Assembly (NCBI GenBank): GCA_038217285.1
Contig: JBBQPO010000057.1
Coordinates: forward strand, 1 to 24,923
DNA length: 24,923 nucleotides
Direction of reading: 5' to 3'
From: Chthonomonadales bacterium
GTDB lineage: Bacteria > Armatimonadota > Chthonomonadetes > Chthonomonadales > Chthonomonadaceae
The position numbers and the translations under genes were made by a program. Under the pieces are notes generated by a model. It saw only the letters and a list, made by a program, of their open reading frames with translations. It was not told the origin of the DNA and searched no databases. Below are positions 1 to 6,783 of the stretch, one piece after another. The first letter of the stretch is position 1, and the number at the start of each line of letters is the position of its first letter.

Positions 1-335
1 AAGTTTCCATGCCTATCGTCGTCGTCAGCGTCAAAAGAAGGTCTATGGTTACTGGAAAATCGCCCGACCAGACGAATTGACGACGCCATTACGGTTTGCA
101 GCGTAGACAAAGTTTCACCCAATGAAATGGAACGCACCCGATTGAATTTGAGGGTGGCTTCCAGATGCGCGTTGCCGGTTGCGCTCACAATGGTCTTACC
201 ATTGAGGATCAACGTGCTCGGGTCCGCCTGAGCGCGGCATCGGGTGGCTGCGCCGACCAACAATAGCGAACATCCGAAAAACGTCATCCAGCGATGATAC
301 AGGTGCGCGGTGACTGGAGCCTTTGTCTTGTCCAT
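1..335 (-). CDS. Partial (runs off window) exported hypothetical protein with signal peptide; possible STN/N0-like N-terminal domain
   Basis: Manual translation: MDKTKAPVTAHLYHRWMTFFGCSLLLVGAATRCRAQADPSTLILNG...LEATLKFNRVRSISLGETLSTLQTVMASSIRL..., open to position 1. Purine-rich GAAAGGAATGAGTGGA upstream. Alternative in-frame ATG at 347. Confidence 0.65.
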   Translation of the reverse strand, partial: MDKTKAPVTAHLYHRWMTFFGCSLLLVGAATRCRAQADPSTLILNGKTIVSATGNAHLEATLKFNRVRSISLGETLSTLQTVMASSIRLVGRFSSNHRPSFDADDDDRHGN

Positions 336-467
336 AATTCCACTCATTCCTTTCACATCAATAATTTGCATCAGAGTGCAGTGCCGCGAATTTGCTTACG
401 CTGCATGTTGGGATAGTACGAGCATAGATACTGATGGCGAAATAAAATACCCGTCATTTGTCTGCTG

Positions 468-659
468 CTATGCGGAGAGGGTATCGAGCAGGCGTTGTTT
501 AACACCCCCTACCACCAGGCGCAGGCGAAACTCGCAGAGGACCGTGTGGTCAAAACCGAGATCGGTCAATTCCAGGCCAGCGTCGGTGGCCTGGCGGTCG
601 GAGAGTCCGATCTGCGCAGCGGCCTCTTGCGCTGTCAAGAGTTCCTCTTGTTCCAACAT
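468..659 (-). pseudogene. Chimeric relic: excisionase/HTH_17-like N-terminus fused to an internally deleted IS1182-family (DUF772-region) transposase fragment
   Basis: RBS TAAGGA. ELLTAQEAAAQIGLS resembles HTH_17 helices. LSDRQATDA-GLELTDLGFDHTVLCEFRLRLVVGG..QRLLDTL matches the recalled IS1182-type motif LSDRQAADAVRxRIDWKYALGLELTDPGFDxSVLxEFRxRL with about 11 residues missing. Confidence 0.7.
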
Positions 660-666
660 CCAATCC

Positions 667-888
667 TTACTTAGGGGTTAGGACGTAGTACGCGTTTGTG
701 CCATTGCCGGTTCCCGTTCCGCTGAAAGGCAGAGTGCCTCCAGTGCCATTGGCCGTGAAGTTGACGGTGACAGGGTAGGCCGTATAGGCCGTATCGAAAC
801 TGCTCGCTCCCACAATCGTCATCGAAGCGGTCCCGGCAGATTTGGTTCCGGCTGCATCCGTATAGTAAGCGACCGATGCATTGATTTT
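667..888 (-). pseudogene. 5'-truncated C-terminal fragment of a Thr/Gly/Ser-rich beta-strand (surface/structural) protein
   Basis: Frame reads KINASVAYYTDAAGTKSAGTASMTIVGASSFDTAYTAYPVTVNFTANGTGGTLPFSGTGTGNGTNAYYVLTPK*. No upstream in-frame ATG/GTG/TTG before the TGA at ~1024, only an internal ATG at 822. Its TAA overlaps the RBS of the next gene. Confidence 0.55.
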
Positions 889-964
889 CCCTTCTCTCCC
901 TACTTTCGCTTCGAATGAGATGAAAACTGCCTTGATTGTGAAGCAGTTATTCTTGCACCTGTCC

Positions 965-1663
965 TTAGCTTTCGTCGGGATTTCGGGCGCGGGTGCCCCA
1001 GAGGCTGCCGGTCTTGCGAATCGTCAGTTTCCAGCTTTTCGGAGTGCCGGTTTTGATACGATGCAGCACCCGCAGCGCTCGCTTCGCATAGACGCTGTCA
1101 GGCCCCGCGCCATTATAGCGGCCCCACATACGGCATAACCGACCTTCTTCGCTGCCCGACCGGGACGCCAACTCGGATCGATAGTGCCGGGCCAGGTAGT
1201 TGGTGCCCATCCAGATGTTGTCCTGAATGCCGTGGGGGTTGCGGTGTGTGTTGGCATAGCAGTCCGAGACCGTGTTCGGATACATCTGCATCACGCCGAT
1301 GCAGGGGCCAGCGTTCATATCGAATTCGCTCTCCACGACCGCAGTAGCAGACACGACGTAAGGCGAAACCCGATTCTCTCGTGCGCTCTGAACGATATCG
1401 GACGCCACGGACCACGCATAGCGCTGTCCCTTTTCGGGGCGCAGCGTGTGTACCAGCGAGGCGATACGGGGCAGGGCAGGGTCGTCGTTGGCCGTTCGGC
1501 GGCGTACAGTCGATCCAACTGAGAAGGAACTTGGGGTCAGTTTCGAAGGGGCGGATGTCGGGCGTCCGGACCCGACGGCGAAGGCAAGCAATACGGAACC
1601 AACAGTCCCTAAAACTACCAGGCGCTTTTGCTCTGTGCTTGCCCATTTGAGTTTGTTCAACAT
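965..1663 (-). CDS. Lytic transglycosylase (SLT-domain) protein with N-terminal membrane anchor/signal
   Basis: SLT motifs VVESEF (catalytic Glu), GVMQMYP, NIWMGTNYL, YNG. Hydrophobic N-terminal segment. RBS AAAGGAG. Confidence 0.85.
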   Translation of the reverse strand: MLNKLKWASTEQKRLVVLGTVGSVLLAFAVGSGRPTSAPSKLTPSSFSVGSTVRRRTANDDPALPRIASLVHTLRPEKGQRYAWSVASDIVQSARENRVSPYVVSATAVVESEFDMNAGPCIGVMQMYPNTVSDCYANTHRNPHGIQDNIWMGTNYLARHYRSELASRSGSEEGRLCRMWGRYNGAGPDSVYAKRALRVLHRIKTGTPKSWKLTIRKTGSLWGTRARNPDES

Positions 1664-1759
1664 CTATCTCTCCTTTGGGCGATACCTGTGACCACTACGC
1701 AGACGGCACACAGATGTCAGCATAGGCTCGTTTCGCAAGCTTGCACACCGATGGAAGAG

Positions 1760-1888
1760 AAAATAAGAAAACTCTCACTGAACGAGCCCGACAGGGTGGG
1801 GGAACCCACCAGACACAGCAAGGGATCCGGTCCTCCAACTCTGGATGACCGGATCCCTTTCCTTGCGATGCTCTTCAATTCAGCGGAG
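1760..1888 (-). ncRNA. Candidate structured RNA element (multi-branched stem followed by U-rich tract); 3' UTR/terminator, leader element or mobile-element end
   Basis: Perfect 13-bp IR 1820-1832/1847-1859. Hairpin GGTGGG-N4-CCCACC 1795-1810. Enclosing pairings 1784-1787/1870-1873 and 1772-1782/1879-1888 (G-U pair only on minus strand). Followed on minus by TTTTCTTATTTT. Confidence 0.45.
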
Positions 1889-1938
1889 GCGTACAGGGCG
1901 TCCTTTTTTTGCCCCACTCTGATCAGGAGGATCGCCTA

Positions 1939-2592
1939 CTACCGATTGGAGGCGCTTCCGGTTCGTCGGGACGCACTGCGGTTGTGAACGCTGTCAATTC
2001 TATCACGATTGCGGCTATACTGGTTCGCATCATCGGAATAGTTGCGATTGTCGTTCGAATCGGAGCACTGCCTGTCGTCCTGATTGCTGCCGCTGTAGTC
2101 GCGGTAGCGGTAACCGCTGTCCTGGTTGTTACCATTGTCGCGATTGGTGCGATAACCGCTGTCCTGATTGTACCGGTTATTGTAGTCGTCACGATTGGTT
2201 CGGTAGCCGCTATCCTGGTAGTACGGGTCGTTGCCGTTATCCCGGTTGGTACGGTACCGGCTGTTCTGGTTGTAGCGATTATTGTAGGTGTCGCGGTTGG
2301 TGCGGTAATCGTTATTGGACCCACGGTCGTAATAACCGTCCCGCTCCCGCTGATGCCGATTCTTGACATCTTTGTCGTACTGGCTGTAGGCGTAGGCCGC
2401 ACCGCCTGCCGCGACCAGACCCGTCAATTTGTTCTTCTGGGTCAGCAGTAAGCCCAGCGCCGCCGCACCGAGGCCAAGGGCCGTGTTCTTCTTGCCCTGC
2501 TCGCTGGCGACGGCGGCCATGGGAGCGCAAAGGGAAGTAAATCCCACCAGTCCGGTGAATGCGATGGCGGTCAGGCTATGTAAACGTTTCAT
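1939..2592 (-). CDS. Secreted hypothetical protein with glycine-zipper-like helices and an N/R/Y/D-rich repeat tail
   Basis: Signal peptide, ALGLGAAALGLL / GLVAAGGAAYAY hairpin, RBS AAGGAG, low-complexity repetitive C-terminus. Confidence 0.8.
   Translation of the reverse strand: MKRLHSLTAIAFTGLVGFTSLCAPMAAVASEQGKKNTALGLGAAALGLLLTQKNKLTGLVAAGGAAYAYSQYDKDVKNRHQRERDGYYDRGSNNDYRTNRDTYNNRYNQNSRYRTNRDNGNDPYYQDSGYRTNRDDYNNRYNQDSGYRTNRDNGNNQDSGYRYRDYSGSNQDDRQCSDSNDNRNYSDDANQYSRNRDRIDSVHNRSASRRTGSASNR
2098..2319 (-). repeat. Coding tandem repeat, ~51-bp (17-aa) period, core QDSGYRTNRD
   Basis: Related motifs start at 2111, 2153, 2204, 2255, 2306 (spacing 42, 51, 51, 51). YRTNRD occurs four times. 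Confidence 0.85.
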
Positions 2593-2806
2593 GATCTGCG
2601 TACTCCTTGCCAGAACGGCCCGGTTTCAATTTTCGGAAGAGCAGTCGCTTCTTGTCTTCTGCTCAAGGGTTCTGATAGTACAAGAAACGCTGCCGCACCA
2701 TAGGCGTGACACTTCACAAATTAAAATATTTTGGTAATGCAAACTAGTTGCTCGGTTCAGGTACTATGAGATCAAGAATATTGCCCGCCGATGGGAGATT
2801 AAGACA

Positions 2807-4030
2807 TTGAGAAACGCACGGAAAACTTCTGTGTTCAGGGTTGTGCTCGCGGGCCTTCTGCTCGCGAGCACCTCGCGAATTGGCGTCGGTCAGCAAACGA
2901 GCGGTACGTTGTCGCCTTATGCGCGGTGGACAAACGGACCCGCGCGCAGCGCGAACGAGTTTCCGATCGCGGTCTGGCTTCAGGATCCGTCGAACGCCAC
3001 CCGCTACAAGGCTGCCGGGTTCAACCTCTACGTCGGGCTATGGGCGGGACCGACCGAAGGGCAGCTCGCCGCGCTTAAAGCCGCCTCAATGCCAGTGATC
3101 TGCGCACAGAATGCCGTCGGGCTCGCGCACCGCGCCGATCCTACGATTGTCGGCTGGATGCACGGCGACGAGCCGGACAACGCCCAGTCCATCACCGATC
3201 CCGCCACCGGCAAACAGAGCTACGGTCCGTGCATTCCACCAGAACGTATCGTCGCGGACTATGCTCGCCTTAAGGCCGCCGATCCCTCCCGGCCTATTCT
3301 GCTCAATCTGGGGCAGGGGGTCGCCAACGACGACTGGGTCGGGCGCGGATCGGGCGCAAAGCTGAGCGACTACGCGACTTATGTGAACGGCGGCGATCTG
3401 GTTTCGTTCGACGTCTATCCGGTCGCGGGACTGGATAGGCCCGACAGCGCCGACTTCCTCTGGTATGTCCCGAAGGGCCTGGATCGTTTGACGCACTGGA
3501 CCGCCAGCCGAAAGCCGCTCTGGAACTGCATCGAATGTACCCGTATCGGCGGCGACCACAAGCCCACGCCCCATCAGGTACGCGCAGAAGTCTGGATGGC
3601 TCTGATCCACGGGTCACGCGGCCTGATCTACTTCGTGCATCAGTTTAAGCCGACATTCGACGAACACGCCCTGCTCGACGACCCCGAAATGCTGGCAGGA
3701 GTGACGGCTACCAATCGACAGATCCAGTCTCTGGCTCCGCTGCTCAACAGTCCTTCCCTTGCGAACGCAGTCACCGTTCAGTCCGCCTCCCCGAACGTGC
3801 CCATCGACACGATGGTCAAGCGGAAAGGCCAGGAACTCACGCTCTGTGCCGTCGGCATGCGGAACGCACCTGCAAAAGGCACGTTCACCCTGCCCGGCCT
3901 CACAGAGCCAACGACCATCGAGGTGATAGGGGAATCGCGCACGTTGCCTCTACGCAAGGGCCAGTTTTCCGACACGTTCGGCCCTTACGATGTTCATCTG
4001 TATCGCATCGTACTCAAACCGAAACGCTAA
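2807..4030 (+). CDS. Secreted putative glycoside hydrolase (clan GH-A-like TIM barrel plus C-terminal beta-sandwich)
   Basis: TTG start after GGGAGA. Signal peptide. Motifs GWMHGDEPD, SFDVYP, PLWNCIEC, ALIHGSRGLIYF, and C-terminal FSDTFGPYDVHLY. Confidence 0.7.
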   Translation: MRNARKTSVFRVVLAGLLLASTSRIGVGQQTSGTLSPYARWTNGPARSANEFPIAVWLQDPSNATRYKAAGFNLYVGLWAGPTEGQLAALKAASMPVICAQNAVGLAHRADPTIVGWMHGDEPDNAQSITDPATGKQSYGPCIPPERIVADYARLKAADPSRPILLNLGQGVANDDWVGRGSGAKLSDYATYVNGGDLVSFDVYPVAGLDRPDSADFLWYVPKGLDRLTHWTASRKPLWNCIECTRIGGDHKPTPHQVRAEVWMALIHGSRGLIYFVHQFKPTFDEHALLDDPEMLAGVTATNRQIQSLAPLLNSPSLANAVTVQSASPNVPIDTMVKRKGQELTLCAVGMRNAPAKGTFTLPGLTEPTTIEVIGESRTLPLRKGQFSDTFGPYDVHLYRIVLKPKR

Positions 4031-4284
4031 GACATAAACACTCCTTCATGCAAGCAGGCAGATTTCCTTACATCGACCCAACCCATGCGAATAGCGATCA
4101 TGACTGCTTCGAAACGAGTATGTGCGTTGAGACACTCGCACACTCACTGGAACTCCGTCCGGACGGTTGCCACGGTAACACAGAGCGACTCGGCGATGGG
4201 CTTACTCGATGTTGTGTTGAGATCCACACTTCTTTGAAGCAAATGTCGGAGACTTGGTGAGAGGGGGCATACTTCTACGATCAC
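4027..4284 (-). pseudogene. Stand-alone LuxR/GerE-type HTH regulator interrupted by in-frame TGA (4144-4146)
   Basis: GTG start with AAAGGA upstream. Translation PLSPSLRHLLQRSVDLNTTSSKPIAESLCVTVATVRTEFQ*VCECLNAHTRFEAVMIAIRMGWV fits the LuxR C-terminal pattern on both sides of the stop. Confidence 0.75.
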
Positions 4285-4354
4285 TTCTGAACAATCCTTT
4301 TGGGCACTCCGCTAGTCGAAACAGTAGTATTGTTTTTTGCGCGCATCGTGCTGA

Positions 4355-6004
4355 TCACTTTGCAGGTTTCATTACTTCCAACGGATAAGGCACCTTTCCT
4401 AATCCTTTCAGAGTGCCGGAACTGTCCAGAAACTCGATCCAAAGACTGATCTGATCTGTACCGGGGAAAACCGGCTGTCGCACATTCAGTTTTTTGAAAA
4501 CTTCCGATGTCTTCGCGAAATCAAGGCGCAGGATAGTTGCCTCAGGTGGCAGCCGTAACGTTGGGCCGTCTGCTGCCCTCAGATATTGCACCATCTCCGG
4601 AGTGATGTCTGCTCTCGTGGGATCGCGCGTGATCTGCGGAAAGGCGTACAGCATTGCGAATATAGCACGATTGGGCGGCACTGTCTGAAGGATCGGGAAT
4701 TCGACCTGCTGGGCTTCGATCTGTTCGTCCGTCAACGCAAAGGTTGTATTTGCGAGGAGTTGAAGCCCTTTCCAGCGCTCGGTTTTGGCTAACCGGCGAA
4801 GGTCTTTGAAAGTTCTGAAGGCGATTCCTCTGTCGGAGTGGAGGAAGAATGCTGTGTGATTGAGGAGGAGGATTTTGCTGTTCCACTTACACTCCAGGCG
4901 AAGACTGCCTTCCCGTATTTTCTTTAGATAGGCAGGAAGCGTTGTATTGCGGTAATTGTCGATAGCGGAAGCCCCGGTCGGAATAATAGCGATGAGCGGG
5001 ATCTGCGCGGCTGCGGCGAATTCCAGCAAGGTTCCTTCGGGATCACCGGCGACCGGAGACGGTGTCTCTCCAGGCTCGCTAACACCCGCGTTCGCTGCCT
5101 TTAAGATGGGGTACGGTCTGTCATCCTCCGCGCGAAACGGAGTATCTCCACGCTGGATCCATTCTCCAAGCAGTTTCGTTCGCAACTCTTTCTCCAGCGG
5201 TAATCCTCCCACGTACCCTGAGCCTCCCGTACCAAAGTCTATGAAGAGGCAGGGCGAAAGCTCATTTTCATCCCGATGGACACTGATAAATACTTTGTCC
5301 GAGAGCAGGTCCGGTCGCCCTGAATCGTTTTGCCTGAACTTCAGGCTCTCGGCGCTGAGATTGCTTGCAGGAAACTGATAGACATTCCCACCGCGCAGGA
5401 TGATCTCCAGTTGTTGCTCGCTGATGTTTTCTCCAAGAATCCTGGCCCCCAACACCATCGTCGCGTCCTGTGCACAAACATCATTGGCCTCATTCTTGCC
5501 AAGTTCCTTCTTTCTTGATGCAGGCGATAGGCGTGCATAGTCAATTAGAAAGAGTGCCTGCTTCACGAAGGCATCTTGTGTCTGGTTTCGTTCCCATTTT
5601 GAAAGCGCATCGAGGTCGGTCGCCTCAAGACGATAGATGTAGCCTTTTTCGACTTTTTCGCGCACCCACACCCACGAATGGGAACGAAGACCCGCAATCG
5701 TTGCAAGGGAGCTCATGACCGAATTTAGCGGCTGCTTCGACAGCGAGACGACGAGAGGGATGCCAGACCCCTTTACGCGGGAATCAATCGTAAGGGAGAC
5801 ACCTGTTTGCGTCATAAGCGATTCTAGTAGCTCCGCCATGCGCAAACGTCGGCTGAAAATTTGAACAGGTTTCCCCAATCTCGGATCCTGCTCCAAGTTC
5901 AAAGTCCCTGCCTCTTCAGCAATGGCAACCGAGCCGGTGAGAAGTAGGAGCAATGACAGAAGCGTTCGTTCCAGCCATCTACTGGGGGCGGAAAAATTGC
6001 GCAT
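4355..6004 (-). CDS. Large exported hypothetical protein (549 aa) with STN/secretin-N0-like N-terminal segment
   Basis: Start re-assigned to ATG 6004 (RBS AAGGAAG, followed by signal peptide LLSLLLLLTGSVAIA). Segment DPRLGKPVQIFSRRLRMAELLESLMTQTGVSLTID...PLNSVMSSLA resembles STN/N0 domains. Confidence 0.75.
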   Translation of the reverse strand: MRNFSAPSRWLERTLLSLLLLLTGSVAIAEEAGTLNLEQDPRLGKPVQIFSRRLRMAELLESLMTQTGVSLTIDSRVKGSGIPLVVSLSKQPLNSVMSSLATIAGLRSHSWVWVREKVEKGYIYRLEATDLDALSKWERNQTQDAFVKQALFLIDYARLSPASRKKELGKNEANDVCAQDATMVLGARILGENISEQQLEIILRGGNVYQFPASNLSAESLKFRQNDSGRPDLLSDKVFISVHRDENELSPCLFIDFGTGGSGYVGGLPLEKELRTKLLGEWIQRGDTPFRAEDDRPYPILKAANAGVSEPGETPSPVAGDPEGTLLEFAAAAQIPLIAIIPTGASAIDNYRNTTLPAYLKKIREGSLRLECKWNSKILLLNHTAFFLHSDRGIAFRTFKDLRRLAKTERWKGLQLLANTTFALTDEQIEAQQVEFPILQTVPPNRAIFAMLYAFPQITRDPTRADITPEMVQYLRAADGPTLRLPPEATILRLDFAKTSEVFKKLNVRQPVFPGTDQISLWIEFLDSSGTLKGLGKVPYPLEVMKPAK

Positions 6005-6030
6005 GCGAGTTACTTCCTTGCAGCAAGCGA

Positions 6031-6059
6031 GTGCAGAGGACCACCATGGTCCTCTGCAC
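6031..6059. other. Perfect 13-bp intergenic hairpin without U-tract (mRNA stabiliser/partial terminator)
   Basis: GTGCAGAGGACCA-CCA-TGGTCCTCTGCAC between two co-oriented genes. Confidence 0.75.
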
Positions 6060-6095
6060 AAGTAAGTTACGAGGGCTTTCCTGGAGCCATTCTGA

Positions 6096-6584
6096 TCAAT
6101 ACATCCACACGACGGCAAAAGTATGGCGATCAGAGAATGAGGCGCTACTGGTTCCGACCGTGATATTGGCACTGGTCTCAGCGACGAACTGTTGATATGT
6201 ATATGCATACGTATCGGTGGACTGGGCGCTGCCCGTTCCCCAGCCACTTTTCGACCATTTACCAGCGTTGTCGAAAACTCTGGGTACAGGTCCGCTCGAC
6301 GTGTCGTTGGCCACGAGGCTGTTGCCGTCCCGCTTCAGCCACATATTCCAGTCAACCATAAATGTGGAGTTGGGCGTACCGGAAGCCGTTACCAGGTAGC
6401 TTGATCCCGCAATGGTGATAGAAGGGGGCGGCGCAAATCCTGCGCCCCAAACATACCCTGCCTGGTCTGGCGGACTGGTGACCTTGGCGTTCGCTGTTTG
6501 TGCCGACGCGGTACGGTTTAGGGTGAGGAGAGAAACCAACGCAATTGCAGTGATCACCCAGGAGAGAAGCTTGGATACTTTCAC
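6096..6584 (-). CDS. Small secreted Ser/Thr-rich beta-sandwich-like hypothetical protein (162 aa)
   Basis: GTG start with GGAGG RBS. Signal peptide ending ASA-Q. Alternating beta-strand pattern. Ends HTFAVVWMY. Confidence 0.8.
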   Translation of the reverse strand: MKVSKLLSWVITAIALVSLLTLNRTASAQTANAKVTSPPDQAGYVWGAGFAPPPSITIAGSSYLVTASGTPNSTFMVDWNMWLKRDGNSLVANDTSSGPVPRVFDNAGKWSKSGWGTGSAQSTDTYAYTYQQFVAETSANITVGTSSASFSDRHTFAVVWMY

Positions 6585-6646
6585 GGGAACCTCCAGGTAA
6601 ATAAGTCGAACGTTACGTTCACGGAGCGATGATGTTCGACAGCTTG

Positions 6647-6655
6647 ATTATAACA
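6647..6655 (-). promoter_or_regulatory. Extended -10 promoter (TGtTATAAT) for the 6584 gene cassette
   Basis: Minus strand TGTTATAAT about 63 nt upstream of the start codon in an AT-rich intergenic region. Confidence 0.6.
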
Positions 6656-6783
6656 GAGTTCATCAGTGTGTGCATACTGCAATTGCATACATTTATTGTC
6701 CTATTGTCAGAATGTTTTCTGCGTGAGGTTGGCAATCTCCTTCCTGAAAGCGCGATTCCATCAAAACGCTTATCTGCATGGTA

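Noticed and set aside
1772..1890. c-di-AMP (ydaO) riboswitch, SRP RNA or group II intron domain V
   Set aside because: The ydaO-like words CGCTGAAT and GGGGGAACC are on opposite strands and the CAGCTAAC motif is absent. No SRP or domain V signature was seen.
2098..2319. Regularly spaced DNA repeats resembling a CRISPR array
   Set aside because: Repeats are degenerate, spaced by multiples of 3, the 'spacers' resemble each other, they lie within a CDS, and no cas genes are present.
2706..2719. CRP/Rex-like site in the 2592-2807 intergenic region
   Set aside because: Half-sites are separated by 4 rather than 6 nt.
4120..4146. Selenocysteine codon with SECIS
   Set aside because: The apical loop is closer to UGA than in typical bacterial SECIS elements, and the position is not a conserved Cys in LuxR domains. 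A CGA>TGA mutation is simpler.
6005..6247. N-terminal extension of the 630-aa ORF
   Set aside because: Overlaps the 162-aa gene and the intergenic hairpin. RBS and signal peptide point to ATG 6004.
6608..6620. LexA (GAAC-N4-GTTC) box
   Set aside because: Spacer is 5 nt, not 4.
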